The notes beneath the pieces were generated by a model, which was given only the letters and a program-made list of their open reading frames with translations, was not told where the DNA came from and ran no database searches. A stretch of 61,333 bases of DNA from Candidatus Nanopelagicales bacterium. GTDB lineage: Bacteria > Actinomycetota > Actinomycetes > S36-B12. The stretch is from positions 1 to 61,333 of the forward strand of contig JBDNFH010000164.1 in the NCBI GenBank assembly GCA_041689915.1. The letters are read 5' to 3'. Shown here in pieces: positions 27,196 to 41,175 of the stretch; the stretch's first letter is position 1; the number at the start of each line of letters is the position of its first letter. Both the position numbers and the translations under genes were made by a program.

Positions 27196-28344
27196 ATGCG
27201 AATTCTGCACTTTTCATGGGAATACCCACCGGTCATGTACGGAGGGCTGGGTGCACATGTTTTGGCCCTGACCCAAGCGCAGGCGCGACGCGGTCATGAG
27301 GTGACCGTGATTACGCAGGCCCCAGCGGGGGAGCTTGGAACAAGTGAGGACTGCGGTGGTGTTCGGGTGATTCGGGTTGCCAATTACTACCCTGATTCAC
27401 GACTCACTCAGGAGAACTTTGATTACTGGGTGCACGGATTTTCATTAGCGAGCCAAAATGCTTGTGAATCGTTAGAAAAGATGCCAGAAATTGTCCATGG
27501 GCACGATTGGATCGCGGCTAATCAACTCATTGTTGCCGCAAGAAGATTCTCTGTCCCCAGTGTCCTAACTGTTCATGCAACAGAATTCGGTCGACATAAT
27601 GGATGGCTTAGCTCGCGACTTTCGCAAATGGTTTACGCCAATGAACGCAGAGCAGTGCAGTCCGCGGGCTCAGTAATTGTGTGTAGCGAATACATGACCC
27701 ATGAAATTCGAAACGGTTATGGAGTTGATCCCAAATCAATCAACGTCGTCGCGAATGCCGTTACGCCGCCTTCGTCAGTGCTAAAAAGAGTCGCACGCAA
27801 TTCCGAGAAAATCGTGGTGGGTTTTATCGGTCGACTTGAATGGGAAAAAGGGGTGCATCACATTATTGACGCTATGGGATTAATCAAAGACCCGAGAGTG
27901 GAACTCGAGATCGTTGGTAGTGGAAGCCAGCTCGCCGACCTACAAGCAAAAGTGGCCAGAAAAGGCTTGAGTGATCGGGTTTCATTCTTAGGGCACGTTG
28001 ACGACAATGACAGGCTTGATGTTTTGCTACCCTGGAATCTGGCAGTCATTCCGTCAAGTTACGAACCATTTGGAATTGTGGCACTTGAACTCGGACAACT
28101 TGGGATCCCAATCATTGCCTCTCAGGTCGGTGGGCTTGCCGACATCATTTCATCAACTGAGTTTGGGTATCCGATCCGTGAGATTACTGGAGCAGCAATT
28201 GCAAGGGAAATCGAATCGATCATGAGCAATCAAGCGCAAGCTATTCAAAGAGCCAGTCGCTTGCGTGAGCGAATTGCAGCGGAGTTCACTTGGGAACGAG
28301 TGACCCACCTGACAGATAGTGTTTATGAAAAGATAAGGGCATGA
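27196..28344 (+). CDS. GT4-family alpha-glucosyltransferase (glycogen-synthase-like)
   Basis: MRILHFSWEYPPVMYGGLGAHV N-terminus and the C-terminal SYEPFGIVALELGQLGIPIIAS (E-x7-E) motif. Confidence 0.85.
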   Translation: MRILHFSWEYPPVMYGGLGAHVLALTQAQARRGHEVTVITQAPAGELGTSEDCGGVRVIRVANYYPDSRLTQENFDYWVHGFSLASQNACESLEKMPEIVHGHDWIAANQLIVAARRFSVPSVLTVHATEFGRHNGWLSSRLSQMVYANERRAVQSAGSVIVCSEYMTHEIRNGYGVDPKSINVVANAVTPPSSVLKRVARNSEKIVVGFIGRLEWEKGVHHIIDAMGLIKDPRVELEIVGSGSQLADLQAKVARKGLSDRVSFLGHVDDNDRLDVLLPWNLAVIPSSYEPFGIVALELGQLGIPIIASQVGGLADIISSTEFGYPIREITGAAIAREIESIMSNQAQAIQRASRLRERIAAEFTWERVTHLTDSVYEKIRA

Positions 28345-29060
28345 AGCCGTTTAATCCATGGCGCCTATCCAATGTGAATTGGATAATTCGTAATCGTGCC
28401 TGGAGCTGGTACTACCTGGTGCGCTACCTGCGATTCTTGAAATTGCATCACTTTGGGCCGAGCGCTGTTGTGTGTACCGGATTCGTCTTCTTAGGCAAAG
28501 GAGTTGAACTCAGCGCTCGAAAAGGATATGGGCGAATCGTAATTGAAAGTTGGGTTCACATTGGCGATCATTGCCACATTCGAGCACATGAAGGCAATAT
28601 TCACATTGGTTCGAAAACGGTCATGGGTCGAGACAACACGATTAATGCCTATCTCGACATCTCGATCGGTGCTGAGTGCGTGATTTCGGACTCTATCTAC
28701 GTGTGTGATTTTGACCACACATTCTCGCAGGTTAGGACCGCCATCCGGTTGCAAGGGATTACGAAGTCACCGGTCCGGATTGGTTCCAATGTGTGGCTCG
28801 GCACAAAAGTCAGTGTTTTGCGGGGATCCGTTGTTGGCTCGGGTAGTGTGATTGGCGCTCATTCGGTCGTGCGAGGGGTCATCGCCCCGATGTCAGTTGC
28901 GGCCGGGATTCCCGCCAAAGTTGTTAAATCCAGACTCGAAGTTGATGACGCACAGTTCGAAGTAGAGCGTCATGCGGAGTCTGTGCGACTGCGCACCCGC
29001 GATGCCCTCAATGAAATGAGCGGAAAGGGAATGTCTGAATCGACTCCCGATTTAAGTTGA
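28341..29060 (+). CDS. left-handed beta-helix (hexapeptide-repeat) acyltransferase
   Basis: Hexapeptide repeats, e.g. IGSNVWLGTKVSVLRGSVVGSGSVIGAHSVV. ATGA overlap with the GT4 gene. A ~40-aa tail overlaps the convergent GH57 gene. Confidence 0.75.
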   Translation: MKPFNPWRLSNVNWIIRNRAWSWYYLVRYLRFLKLHHFGPSAVVCTGFVFLGKGVELSARKGYGRIVIESWVHIGDHCHIRAHEGNIHIGSKTVMGRDNTINAYLDISIGAECVISDSIYVCDFDHTFSQVRTAIRLQGITKSPVRIGSNVWLGTKVSVLRGSVVGSGSVIGAHSVVRGVIAPMSVAAGIPAKVVKSRLEVDDAQFEVERHAESVRLRTRDALNEMSGKGMSESTPDLS

Positions 29061-30445
29061 TTCACGTGATTGAGTACTCGATCACGGGCATATCGGGCAG
29101 CGCTCTCGCGGTTAATCATAAAGGCCCAGTCACTGGATAATTGCAACATCAATTGGTTGAGATGTTGGGATGTGCAGGTACCCCGGTCAATCAAGTCAAG
29201 TACGTAGTCCTGGCTCTGATTATTCATCACCACAAGGTCGCGCACTCGATCTCCGGTCCATACCGACCAGTCTTTCCCGCTACCCCATGAGGACTCTGTA
29301 AGTTGGATTGATGTTCGGGCCCTTGAAGTGACGTCTTCTAGTGTCGAAGTGACTATTCCAGATTTGGGCAGGAGTTCAATCACTCGTTCGAACCAGGAGA
29401 CACCTTCATGCCACCAATGTCCGAGTAGTTCAGTGTCGATTCCAATGACAAGAGTGGGCAATTCCACACCGGAATTACGTTGTTGTTTAAAAGTCTTTAC
29501 GAGTTCGCCTACAAAGTTTCTCGCATCCACTTCAACCTGTACTTGTGCAGATTGCGGATCGTAGAGTGGCTTTTCTCGTTGTGATTTATTTCCGACAGCA
29601 CTGAGTTTGAGTCCGTGATCCTGGTCAACCAGATGAAAGTCGCGGTAGACGCTAGAACCGGCGTAGCCCAGTTCATGTGACCACAGCAGATCACTTACCC
29701 CTGCGTCGCGGGCCGTGACATTGATACTTGAGCCGGCAAGGTGATAGGGGATGGATGCATTGCCACCGGCGGCAACCACCGCGGGTTCGTCAACCATAAA
29801 GTGGGTGACACCCAATTGTTCATAAACACTTTCTTGCCCAGGTCGGTATGCGCATTCAGGCACCCAGATCCCAGTGGGTGACGTGCCGTAGCGCCGGACT
29901 GCGTCATCGAGTCCAACCCGCAGCGCGATCTCGTGGATGCGCTGATCAAGGCCTGGAGTAAATGGGTGTGTGGCTGGGCCACTCAAGAACTCAACCACGT
30001 GGTCATCAATAAGTGATCGAATGCGTGGGGCCGCACCGCGTGAAAAGTCACTACGAAAAATATCCAACGTGGACTGGACTGTGCTCAATTCGTATTTGCG
30101 CAAGGGGTGGGTACTGGGCAAGTTGAGTGCACGAAGTTGCCAGTTGTGCAACCACGATTCAAGTGCGCTCAAAGCCCTTGGATCATCCAGTTGAACTGCA
30201 AGGACTGGGGTAATTCCAAGGCTGGCAATGTTTCGAAAACCTCTTTGCCCTAATCGCGTGAGTGCATTAAAAAGCGGGAGATAAGAGTGTGCATAAGCCT
30301 GATAGAGCCACTCTTCACCCACCGGCCAACCACCGTGGCCCAGAACCCACGGCAGGTGACTGTGCAGAACGAAAGCAATCCGACCCGTGGGGCTAGTTCC
30401 GAGTCCAGGTGTGCGATTGCCCACAGATTGCCGGTTTGATCCCAC
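28970..30445 (-). CDS. GH57-family alpha-glucan branching-type protein (DUF1957-containing)
   Basis: FVLHSHLPWV near the N-terminus and DTELLGHWWHEG. GTG start at 30445 is uncertain. Confidence 0.8.
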   Translation of the reverse strand: MGSNRQSVGNRTPGLGTSPTGRIAFVLHSHLPWVLGHGGWPVGEEWLYQAYAHSYLPLFNALTRLGQRGFRNIASLGITPVLAVQLDDPRALSALESWLHNWQLRALNLPSTHPLRKYELSTVQSTLDIFRSDFSRGAAPRIRSLIDDHVVEFLSGPATHPFTPGLDQRIHEIALRVGLDDAVRRYGTSPTGIWVPECAYRPGQESVYEQLGVTHFMVDEPAVVAAGGNASIPYHLAGSSINVTARDAGVSDLLWSHELGYAGSSVYRDFHLVDQDHGLKLSAVGNKSQREKPLYDPQSAQVQVEVDARNFVGELVKTFKQQRNSGVELPTLVIGIDTELLGHWWHEGVSWFERVIELLPKSGIVTSTLEDVTSRARTSIQLTESSWGSGKDWSVWTGDRVRDLVVMNNQSQDYVLDLIDRGTCTSQHLNQLMLQLSSDWAFMINRESAARYARDRVLNHVNQLKSGVDSDIPFPLISLRASRVRSRTDSA

Positions 30446-30579
30446 AAAGTGACTCTAGAGGGCCATGATTGCACTGAAACGCGAGTGGCCGGTTTTTTGT
30501 TACTCGCGGGTAACGTAAGATTCGGCCAAGGAAATTCGTAAATATTAGTAAATATTCGCCCGGCAAAGGAGTCAAGCAC

Positions 30580-31359
30580 GTGAAGATCGCTGTCTGTGTC
30601 AAGCAGGTCCCCGATACCTGGGCCGAGAAAAAACTTAAAGCCGATACGTCCACTTTAGATCGTGAGAGCGCTGATGGCGTGCTCAACGAACTCGACGAGT
30701 ACGCGATTGAGCAAGCGTTGCAACTTGTGGAGGAAAATGGCGGTGAAGTTGTAATTGTCACGATGGGTCCAGAGCGAGCCGCTGAAACCTTGCGCAAAGC
30801 CATCAGCATGGGTGCGAACGCAGGAATTCATATTGTTGACGACAATCTTGCTGGCTCCGACGCCATTGCGACTTCGGCAGTGCTGGCTAAAGCACTTGAG
30901 GGACGCGATTTTGACTTGATTCTTTTTGGGTCTGAATCAACTGATGCTCGCATGTCAGTTATTCCGGCCATGGTTGCGCAGCGACTGGGTCTTGCCCAAG
31001 TTACTTTTGCTCAGAAAGTAGATGTCGAAGGAACAACATTGACCGCGCAGCGCGTAACGGACTACGGCTTTGACACGCTGACCACCTCACTACCGGCGGT
31101 AGTCAGTGTCGTGGAGAAAATCAATGAACCTCGTTACCCGTCATTCAAGGGAATCATGGCTGCTAAGAAAAAGCCGGTTGACATTTTGACAATTGCGGAT
31201 CTGGGACTCGACACCGCGGTAGTTGGCGCGGGTGCAGCGTGGTCTGAAGTAGCGGATTTCGCGGCTCGTCCACCAAAACCTGCAGGTGTTGTTGTCACCG
31301 ATGAAGGCTCAGGCGGAATCGCAATCGCTGATTACCTCACAACATCCAAATTCATCTGA
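30580..31359 (+). CDS. etfB: electron transfer flavoprotein beta subunit
   Basis: (V)KIAVCVKQVPD N-terminus, 259 aa, GTG start preceded by AAGGAG. Confidence 0.9.
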   Translation: MKIAVCVKQVPDTWAEKKLKADTSTLDRESADGVLNELDEYAIEQALQLVEENGGEVVIVTMGPERAAETLRKAISMGANAGIHIVDDNLAGSDAIATSAVLAKALEGRDFDLILFGSESTDARMSVIPAMVAQRLGLAQVTFAQKVDVEGTTLTAQRVTDYGFDTLTTSLPAVVSVVEKINEPRYPSFKGIMAAKKKPVDILTIADLGLDTAVVGAGAAWSEVADFAARPPKPAGVVVTDEGSGGIAIADYLTTSKFI

Positions 31360-31392
31360 AAATATTCAACTAAGATTTTTAAGGAGAGCAAC

Positions 31393-32346
31393 ATGAGTGA
31401 CGTACTCGTTCTAGTTGAGCACCATGAATCAGAAATTCGAAAAGTAACTTTTGAGTTGATCACAGCCGCTCGAGAGCTTGGAACACCTGTCGTCCTGTGG
31501 CTGGGAACCGGCTGTGACGATGCTGTCGTTGCGGCTTTGGGTAGTTACGGGGCCGCGAAGATTCTCGTAGCCGACTCCGCTGACGTAAACGATCACTCCG
31601 TCGCACCCGGTGCAGAGATTGTGGCAAGCCTCATTGAATCTATGCACCCGGTCGCGGTACTCGTAGCGTCCAGCGCTGATGGGAAAGAGATTGCAGCGCG
31701 CGCTGCAATTAAGGCCGGAGGCGGGATCATCACCGATGCGGTTGAGATCGCAGCTGATGGCACAGTCACTCAAAATGTTTTTGGTGGCAGCACAATTGTG
31801 CACTCCAAGGTGACGCACGGTACGCCGATTATTACTGTGCGACCCAACTCAATTTCAGCTAGCGAGTCTGCGTCTAGCGCAGTAACTGAAAATATTACAA
31901 TTGAAATCTCCGACTCAGCGAAATTGGTTTCAGTGACGAACCGAAGTGTTGTTGAAAAAGGCGCACGCCCGGAATTGACGGAAGCTGACGTCGTTGTTAG
32001 CGGCGGCCGGGGAGTTGGCGGCGCCGAAGGATTCGGAGTAATTGAAGCCTTGGCCGATAGCCTTAATGCAGCGGTCGGCGCCTCACGTGCCGCAACCGAC
32101 GCCGGTTGGTACCCGCATCAATTTCAGGTAGGGCAGACGGGCAAAACCGTTTCTCCTTCACTGTACATTGCAAACGGGATTTCGGGAGCAATTCAGCATC
32201 GTGCCGGGATGCAGACCTCCAAGGTAGTGATCGTGGTTAATAAGGATCCCGAGGCTCCGATCTTTGAGCTGGCTGACTTCGGAGTTGTGGGAGATCTGTT
32301 CACAGTTGTGCCCCAATTAACCGAAGAAATTGCCAAACGCAAATAA
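31393..32346 (+). CDS. etfA: electron transfer flavoprotein alpha subunit
   Basis: YIANGISGAIQHRAGM signature and VVSGGRGVG motif. Confidence 0.9.
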   Translation: MSDVLVLVEHHESEIRKVTFELITAARELGTPVVLWLGTGCDDAVVAALGSYGAAKILVADSADVNDHSVAPGAEIVASLIESMHPVAVLVASSADGKEIAARAAIKAGGGIITDAVEIAADGTVTQNVFGGSTIVHSKVTHGTPIITVRPNSISASESASSAVTENITIEISDSAKLVSVTNRSVVEKGARPELTEADVVVSGGRGVGGAEGFGVIEALADSLNAAVGASRAATDAGWYPHQFQVGQTGKTVSPSLYIANGISGAIQHRAGMQTSKVVIVVNKDPEAPIFELADFGVVGDLFTVVPQLTEEIAKRK

Positions 32347-32388
32347 CCGAATGTGCAGGTGTCGGTGCGTTAGGTAGTGTTCGGGACT

Positions 32389-33567
32389 ATGCAACGCGTT
32401 TATCTTGATCATGCGGCAACTACTCAGATGTTGCCCCAGGCGCGTGCGGCCTGGCTTCAGGTGTCGCAGCAGGTCGGAAACGCATCGAGTTTGCACACAT
32501 CAGGCCGTGCGGCCCGCCGCGTTGTTGAATCAGCGCGGGAGTCAATCGCCGAAGATTTAGGCATGAGGCCTTCGGCGGTGATTTTCACGGGCGGCGGTAC
32601 GGAATCTGACAACCTTGCCATCAAAGGTCTGTATTGGGCTCGCTGTGCACAATTGGGTAAAAGTCCGCGCACCATCGTCACAAGTGCGATTGAGCATCAC
32701 GCCGTGCTCGACCCCGTCTTGTGGTTAGGTGAACATGAAGGTGCGGTCGTCGAGCTTGCGAATACTGACGCACAGGGTTGTGTCAGTCTGGTAGAAATTG
32801 AGAGGGCTCTGGTGCGTGGAGATATTGCTCTAGTTTCCATCATGTGGGCCAATAATGAAATCGGGGCGATTCAGCCCGTTCATGAAATTGCTGGGTTGTG
32901 TCAGAAATTTGATGTTCCATTTCACACCGACGCTGTTCAGGCACTGGGGCAGGTACCGCTGAATTTAGGGGACCTCGATGCCACCGCAGTGACAATCAGC
33001 AGTCACAAAATTGGTGGACCGGTTGGGGTTGGTGCACTCCTGGTGGATCCCATCGCCAAATTTACTCCGGTGCTTCATGGCGGCGGACAAGAGCGTGAAA
33101 TTCGATCCGGAACACTTGATCCAGCATCAATCGCTGCGTTTGCGGCCGCGGTTCGCTACTCGGTTTCCGAGTTAGATGAACATGGCGCCGCATTGCGTGA
33201 ATTACAGGAGTACCTCGTAAGCGCAGTTACTAGTGCAGTCCCGGGTGCGATCCTAAATGGCCCGCTCCCCGGTGAAGCACGTTTGCCAAACAACACACAT
33301 TTCTCATTCCCCGGTTGCGAGGGCGACTCGTTACTCATGCTCCTGGACGCTGCCGGTATTGATTGCGCAACCGGTTCAGCGTGCACGGCTGGCATCCCCG
33401 AGCCAAGCCATGTTCTGCTGTCCATGGGATTAGACGAAAAAACTGCGCGCGCGTCACTGCGTTTCAGTTTGGGTCGGGGTAGTTCAAAAGAGGGCATTGA
33501 TCAATTGGCTCAAGCTTTGCCCGGTGTCGTTGAACGGGCACAGCGAGCAGGGTCGGTGTCAGTATGA
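32389..33567 (+). CDS. iscS: cysteine desulfurase (NifS/IscS class)
   Basis: YLDHAATT, SSHKIGGPVGVGAL (PLP Lys) and GSACTAG (active Cys). ATG 32389 is preferred over GTG 32377. Confidence 0.9.
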   Translation: MQRVYLDHAATTQMLPQARAAWLQVSQQVGNASSLHTSGRAARRVVESARESIAEDLGMRPSAVIFTGGGTESDNLAIKGLYWARCAQLGKSPRTIVTSAIEHHAVLDPVLWLGEHEGAVVELANTDAQGCVSLVEIERALVRGDIALVSIMWANNEIGAIQPVHEIAGLCQKFDVPFHTDAVQALGQVPLNLGDLDATAVTISSHKIGGPVGVGALLVDPIAKFTPVLHGGGQEREIRSGTLDPASIAAFAAAVRYSVSELDEHGAALRELQEYLVSAVTSAVPGAILNGPLPGEARLPNNTHFSFPGCEGDSLLMLLDAAGIDCATGSACTAGIPEPSHVLLSMGLDEKTARASLRFSLGRGSSKEGIDQLAQALPGVVERAQRAGSVSV

Positions 33568-34672
33568 GTAAGCTGCGCGTAATTTCAGCCATGAGCGGTG
33601 GCGTTGATTCCTCTGTCGCTACCGCGCGTATGGTTGATCAAGGCCATGAAGTCGTAGGGATTCACCTGGCGCTGTCGCGCAAAGACTCGAATGGGAAAGG
33701 CCGCGGGTGCTGCACGCTTGACGATGCGCGCGATGCTCGCCGTGTTGCGGACAAATTAGGTATCCCGTTTTACGTCTGGGACTTCTCCACAGCATTTGCC
33801 GAGAGTGTGATGGACAACTTTCATTCCGAGTACGAACAAGGTAGAACACCCAACCCGTGCTTGCGTTGCAATGAGAAAATTAAGTTCAGCGCGGTTCTTG
33901 ATCGCGCCCTCGCACTTGGCTTTGATGCAGTCGCAACCGGGCACTACGCCCAGATCGAGCATGGACCAGACGGGGTTGAACTGCATCGCGCAATTGATCC
34001 GCTCAAAGATCAGTCCTATGTTCTCGGGGTTTTGACCCAATTTCAACTTGCTCACTCGCTTTTTCCACTTGGAGGGAATTACAAGGTTCACATCAGAGAA
34101 GAAGCGGAAGAGCGAGGTCTGATCACGGCTAAGAAGCCGGATAGTCACGATATTTGTTTCATTCCTGATGGGGACACCGCGGGCTATCTACTTCGCAAAC
34201 TTGGTGAGCAGCCCGGAGATATCACCGATGCCACAACGGGTGAAGTACTCGGTCGACATAGTGGGACATTCACGGTCACTATCGGTCAGCGCCGTGGGCT
34301 TAATTTGACGGTACCCGCTGAAGACGGAGCCCCTCGCTATGTCGTTGACATTGACCGTGAAACTGGCACCGTAATAGTGGGCGCACCTGAACTCCTTGAT
34401 GTTGACTTCATCCGCGCCGTCAATCCGATCTGGGCCGGCGCTCCGTTGGGAGAGGACGCCGTTGAAGTGAGTGCTCAGGTTCGCGCGCACGCCGAACCGG
34501 TGCCAGCTAGCGCCTACGTTCATGACGGGGAGTTGCTTATTAATTTGCACGAGCAAATTAGGGGATTAGCACCTGGCCAAGCTGCAGTCCTCTATTCCGG
34601 CACCAAAGTTTTAGGTTCTGCAACAGTTGCCAGTACCAACCGTGTTGGCAAGCAGACTTCCTTGCATGGAAG

Positions 34673-34676
<4 letters not shown>
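33564..34676 (+). CDS. mnmA: tRNA 2-thiouridine(34) synthase
   Basis: PP-loop AMSGGVDSSV and the CLRCNEKIKF motif. ATGA overlap with iscS. Confidence 0.95.
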
Positions 34677-38176
<3,500 letters not shown>

Positions 38177-38180
<4 letters not shown>

Positions 38181-39670
38181 GTGATTTAACCCGTCAAAGT
38201 GCTGCAACACTCGCGGGTGCAATTGCTCGCAAAGAGGTATCAAGTGAGGAAGTGACCAGGGCGCACCTCGACCGCATTTCCCAGGTCGACGAGCGCATAC
38301 ACGCATTTCTCTATGTTGACCCGGAAAGATCAATCGCGCGGGCACGCGAGGTTGATCAACAATTAGCCAAGGGAGAGTTGTCATCTCCGCTTGCGGGTGT
38401 CCCCATTGCGCTCAAAGACTTGCTTGCGACAAAGGGCGTTCCTACAACGTGCGGTTCTCGCATTCTTGAAGGCTGGCGTCCGCCATATAATGCAACAATC
38501 GTCGACAAACTCAATGCAGCAGGTATCGTCTTATTGGGCAAGACAAATATGGACGAGTTCGCCATGGGCTCATCAACCGAACACAGTGGCTACGGACCCA
38601 CCCACAATCCGTGGGATCTTGACCGCATTCCGGGTGGGTCAGGTGGGGGCTCGGCTGCGGCCTTAGCAAGTTTTGAGTCACCGCTTGCAATTGGCACCGA
38701 CACGGGTGGCTCAATTCGCCAACCGGCTGCGGTCACGGGAACCGTTGGTGTCAAACCCACTTACGGCGGCGTTTCCCGTTATGGAATCGTGGCACTGGCT
38801 TCCTCTCTCGATCAGGGCGGTCCATGTGCGCGAGACGTGATGGATACGGCTTTATTGCATTCAGTGATAGCTGGCCATGACCCCCGAGACTCGACCTCAA
38901 TTAATGGACCGGTTCCTGATTTTGTTGCGGCTGCACTTAAAGCCGACGTTCGTGGCTTGAAACTTGGAGTCATCAAGGAATTACAAGGTGAGGGATTCCA
39001 AGCAGGTGTGATTGAGCGTTTTCATCAGTCGCTAGAGGTCCTGACTGAACTTGGTGCAGAAATTATTGAGGTGTCGTGCCCTCATTTTGAGTACGCGCTC
39101 GGTGCTTATTACCTAATTCTGCCTTCAGAGGCTTCCAGCAATCTTGCACGTTTTGACGGTATGCGATTTGGTATTCGAGAAGATGACGGTAAAGATCGCA
39201 GTGTTGAGCAGGTCATGAGTGCAACGCGCGAAAAAGGTTTTGGACCGGAGGTGAAGCGACGCATCATGCTGGGAACCTACGCACTGTCAAGTGGGTATTA
39301 CGACGCCTATTACGGACAAGCCCAACGGATTAGAACCTTGATTATTCGAGATTTCTCGGCAGCTTTTTCGAAAGTTGATGTTTTGGTCTCACCGACCGCA
39401 CCGACTACCGCGTTCAAGATTGGCGAGAAACTCGACGACCCGCTCGCCATGTACCTCAATGATATTGCCACGATTCCGGTTAACTTGGCCGGTAATTGCG
39501 CCATGTCACTTCCTATTGGCCTGGCACCAGAAGACGGGCTTCCCGTAGGTTTGCAAATAATTGCACCGCCAATGGCCGATCAATTGTTGTACCAGGTTGG
39601 GTCCGCACTGGAAAGTGCACTTGCCGATCGCTGGGGTGGGCTCTTGATTTCGGAGGCGCCATCATTATGA
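38177..39670 (+). CDS. gatA: Asp/Glu-tRNA amidotransferase subunit A
   Basis: Amidase signature [12 protein letters not shown] and [12 protein letters not shown]. Confidence 0.95.
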
Positions 39671-41166
39671 CAACGGAATACAATGCGGTAATCACAGAAT
39701 TTGATCCCATTATTGGAATCGAAACGCATATTGAACTGGGCACGAACTCAAAAATGTTCTGCTCATGCTCAACGCAATTTGGTGGCGATCCCAACACCCA
39801 CGTGTGCCCGGTTTGTCTTGGCATGCCGGGAAGTATGCCGGTCGTAAACCGGGTGGCTGTTGAGTCAACGATCCGCATGGGCCTTGCATTGAACTGCTCG
39901 ATCGCACCATGGTGCCGATTTGCGCGCAAGAACTACTTCTACCCTGATATGCCAAAGAACTATCAAATTTCGCAGTACGACGAGCCCTTGTGCACTAATG
40001 GGTACCTTGATGTCACCGTTGCCGCAGAGAACGGACCTCAAGTTTTCCGGGTTGAAATTGAGCGAGTTCACATGGAAGAAGACACCGGTAAATTGCTACA
40101 TGCCGGTGGCGCAGGTCGCATTCACGGCGCGACTCATTCACTCGTTGACTACAACCGTGCGGGTATCCCGTTGATCGAGGTCGTTACTAAACCGATTCTG
40201 GGAACGGGTGATTTGGCCCCCGAAGTTGCCAAGGCCTATGTTTCAGAATTACGCGACCTGATGAGAGCACTCGGTGTATCTGATGTCCGCATGGAAGAGG
40301 GTTCACTCCGTAGTGATGTCAACGTGTCGCTGAGCCGGCCGGGTGAAGAATGGGGGACTCGCACCGAGACCAAAAACGTTAACTCACTTCGCTCTGTTGA
40401 ACGTGCGGTTCGCACAGAAATGTTACGCCAAGCAGATCAACTTCGCGCTGGAGTGCGTATTATCCAAGAGACCCGGCACTTCAATGAAGAGACCGGAGAC
40501 ACGACATCGGGTCGCTCAAAGGAGGCGGCCGAGGATTACCGGTACTTCCCAGAACCAGATCTTGTTCCGGTCGCGCCGAGTATTGAATGGATTGAGGAAT
40601 TGCGTGGGACTTTGCCAGAAGTTCCCTCGATTCGTCGGGCACGTCTGCAACAGGACTGGGGAGTCAGCGAGTTTGACATGCAAAGTCTGGTCAACGCTGG
40701 GGCACTTGAATTCATCGTGGCATCAATTGATGCTGGCGTGCAACCGACTGCCGCTCGAAAATGGTGGACGGGTGAGTTGGCGCGGGTCGCTAATGAGCGC
40801 AATTGCGAACTGAAGGAACTTACGGTCACTCCCAACGATATTGCCCAGATTGAAGGATTAATTTCGGCAGGTGATCTCACGGACAAAATGGCACGTTCGG
40901 TATTCGAAGGTTTACTTGAGGGGGAAGGAACCGTCACCGAAATCGTGAGCCAGCGTGGACTTGTTGTGGTCAACGACGACGCGTCATTGATTGCTGCGAT
41001 AACCGCGGCCTTGGGCGATTCACCCGATGTTGCGGAAAAAATTCAAGCTGGGAAAATAGCAGCCGCAGGTTCAATCGTAGGTGCGGTAATGAAGGCAACA
41101 AAAGGTCAGGCAGATGCAGCGTTAGTGCGCACTTTGCTACTCGAACAACTTGGAGTGAAGGAATAG
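39667..41166 (+). CDS. gatB: Asp/Glu-tRNA amidotransferase subunit B
   Basis: [12 protein letters not shown] and [12 protein letters not shown]. The true start ATG 39667 overlaps the gatA stop (ATGA). The track extension from 39496 lies inside gatA. Confidence 0.95.
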   Translation: MTTEYNAVITEFDPIIGIETHIELGTNSKMFCSCSTQFGGDPNTHVCPVCLGMPGSMPVVNRVAVESTIRMGLALNCSIAPWCRFARKNYFYPDMPKNYQISQYDEPLCTNGYLDVTVAAENGPQVFRVEIERVHMEEDTGKLLHAGGAGRIHGATHSLVDYNRAGIPLIEVVTKPILGTGDLAPEVAKAYVSELRDLMRALGVSDVRMEEGSLRSDVNVSLSRPGEEWGTRTETKNVNSLRSVERAVRTEMLRQADQLRAGVRIIQETRHFNEETGDTTSGRSKEAAEDYRYFPEPDLVPVAPSIEWIEELRGTLPEVPSIRRARLQQDWGVSEFDMQSLVNAGALEFIVASIDAGVQPTAARKWWTGELARVANERNCELKELTVTPNDIAQIEGLISAGDLTDKMARSVFEGLLEGEGTVTEIVSQRGLVVVNDDASLIAAITAALGDSPDVAEKIQAGKIAAAGSIVGAVMKATKGQADAALVRTLLLEQLGVKE

Positions 41167-41175
41167 GGTCCCCAA

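Noticed and set aside
39496-39666. N-terminal extensions suggested by the ORF track for gatB (39496). Similar extensions are suggested for leuA (to 50033), thiolase (708), ilvN (44852), cimA (52351), leuC (59057), pglX (13610) and the DUF3800-like ORF (57073).
   Set aside because: The extensions overlap upstream genes or lack an RBS. Internal starts give canonical N-termini (for example [31 protein letters not shown]) with ATGA-type coupling or a Shine-Dalgarno sequence at proper spacing.
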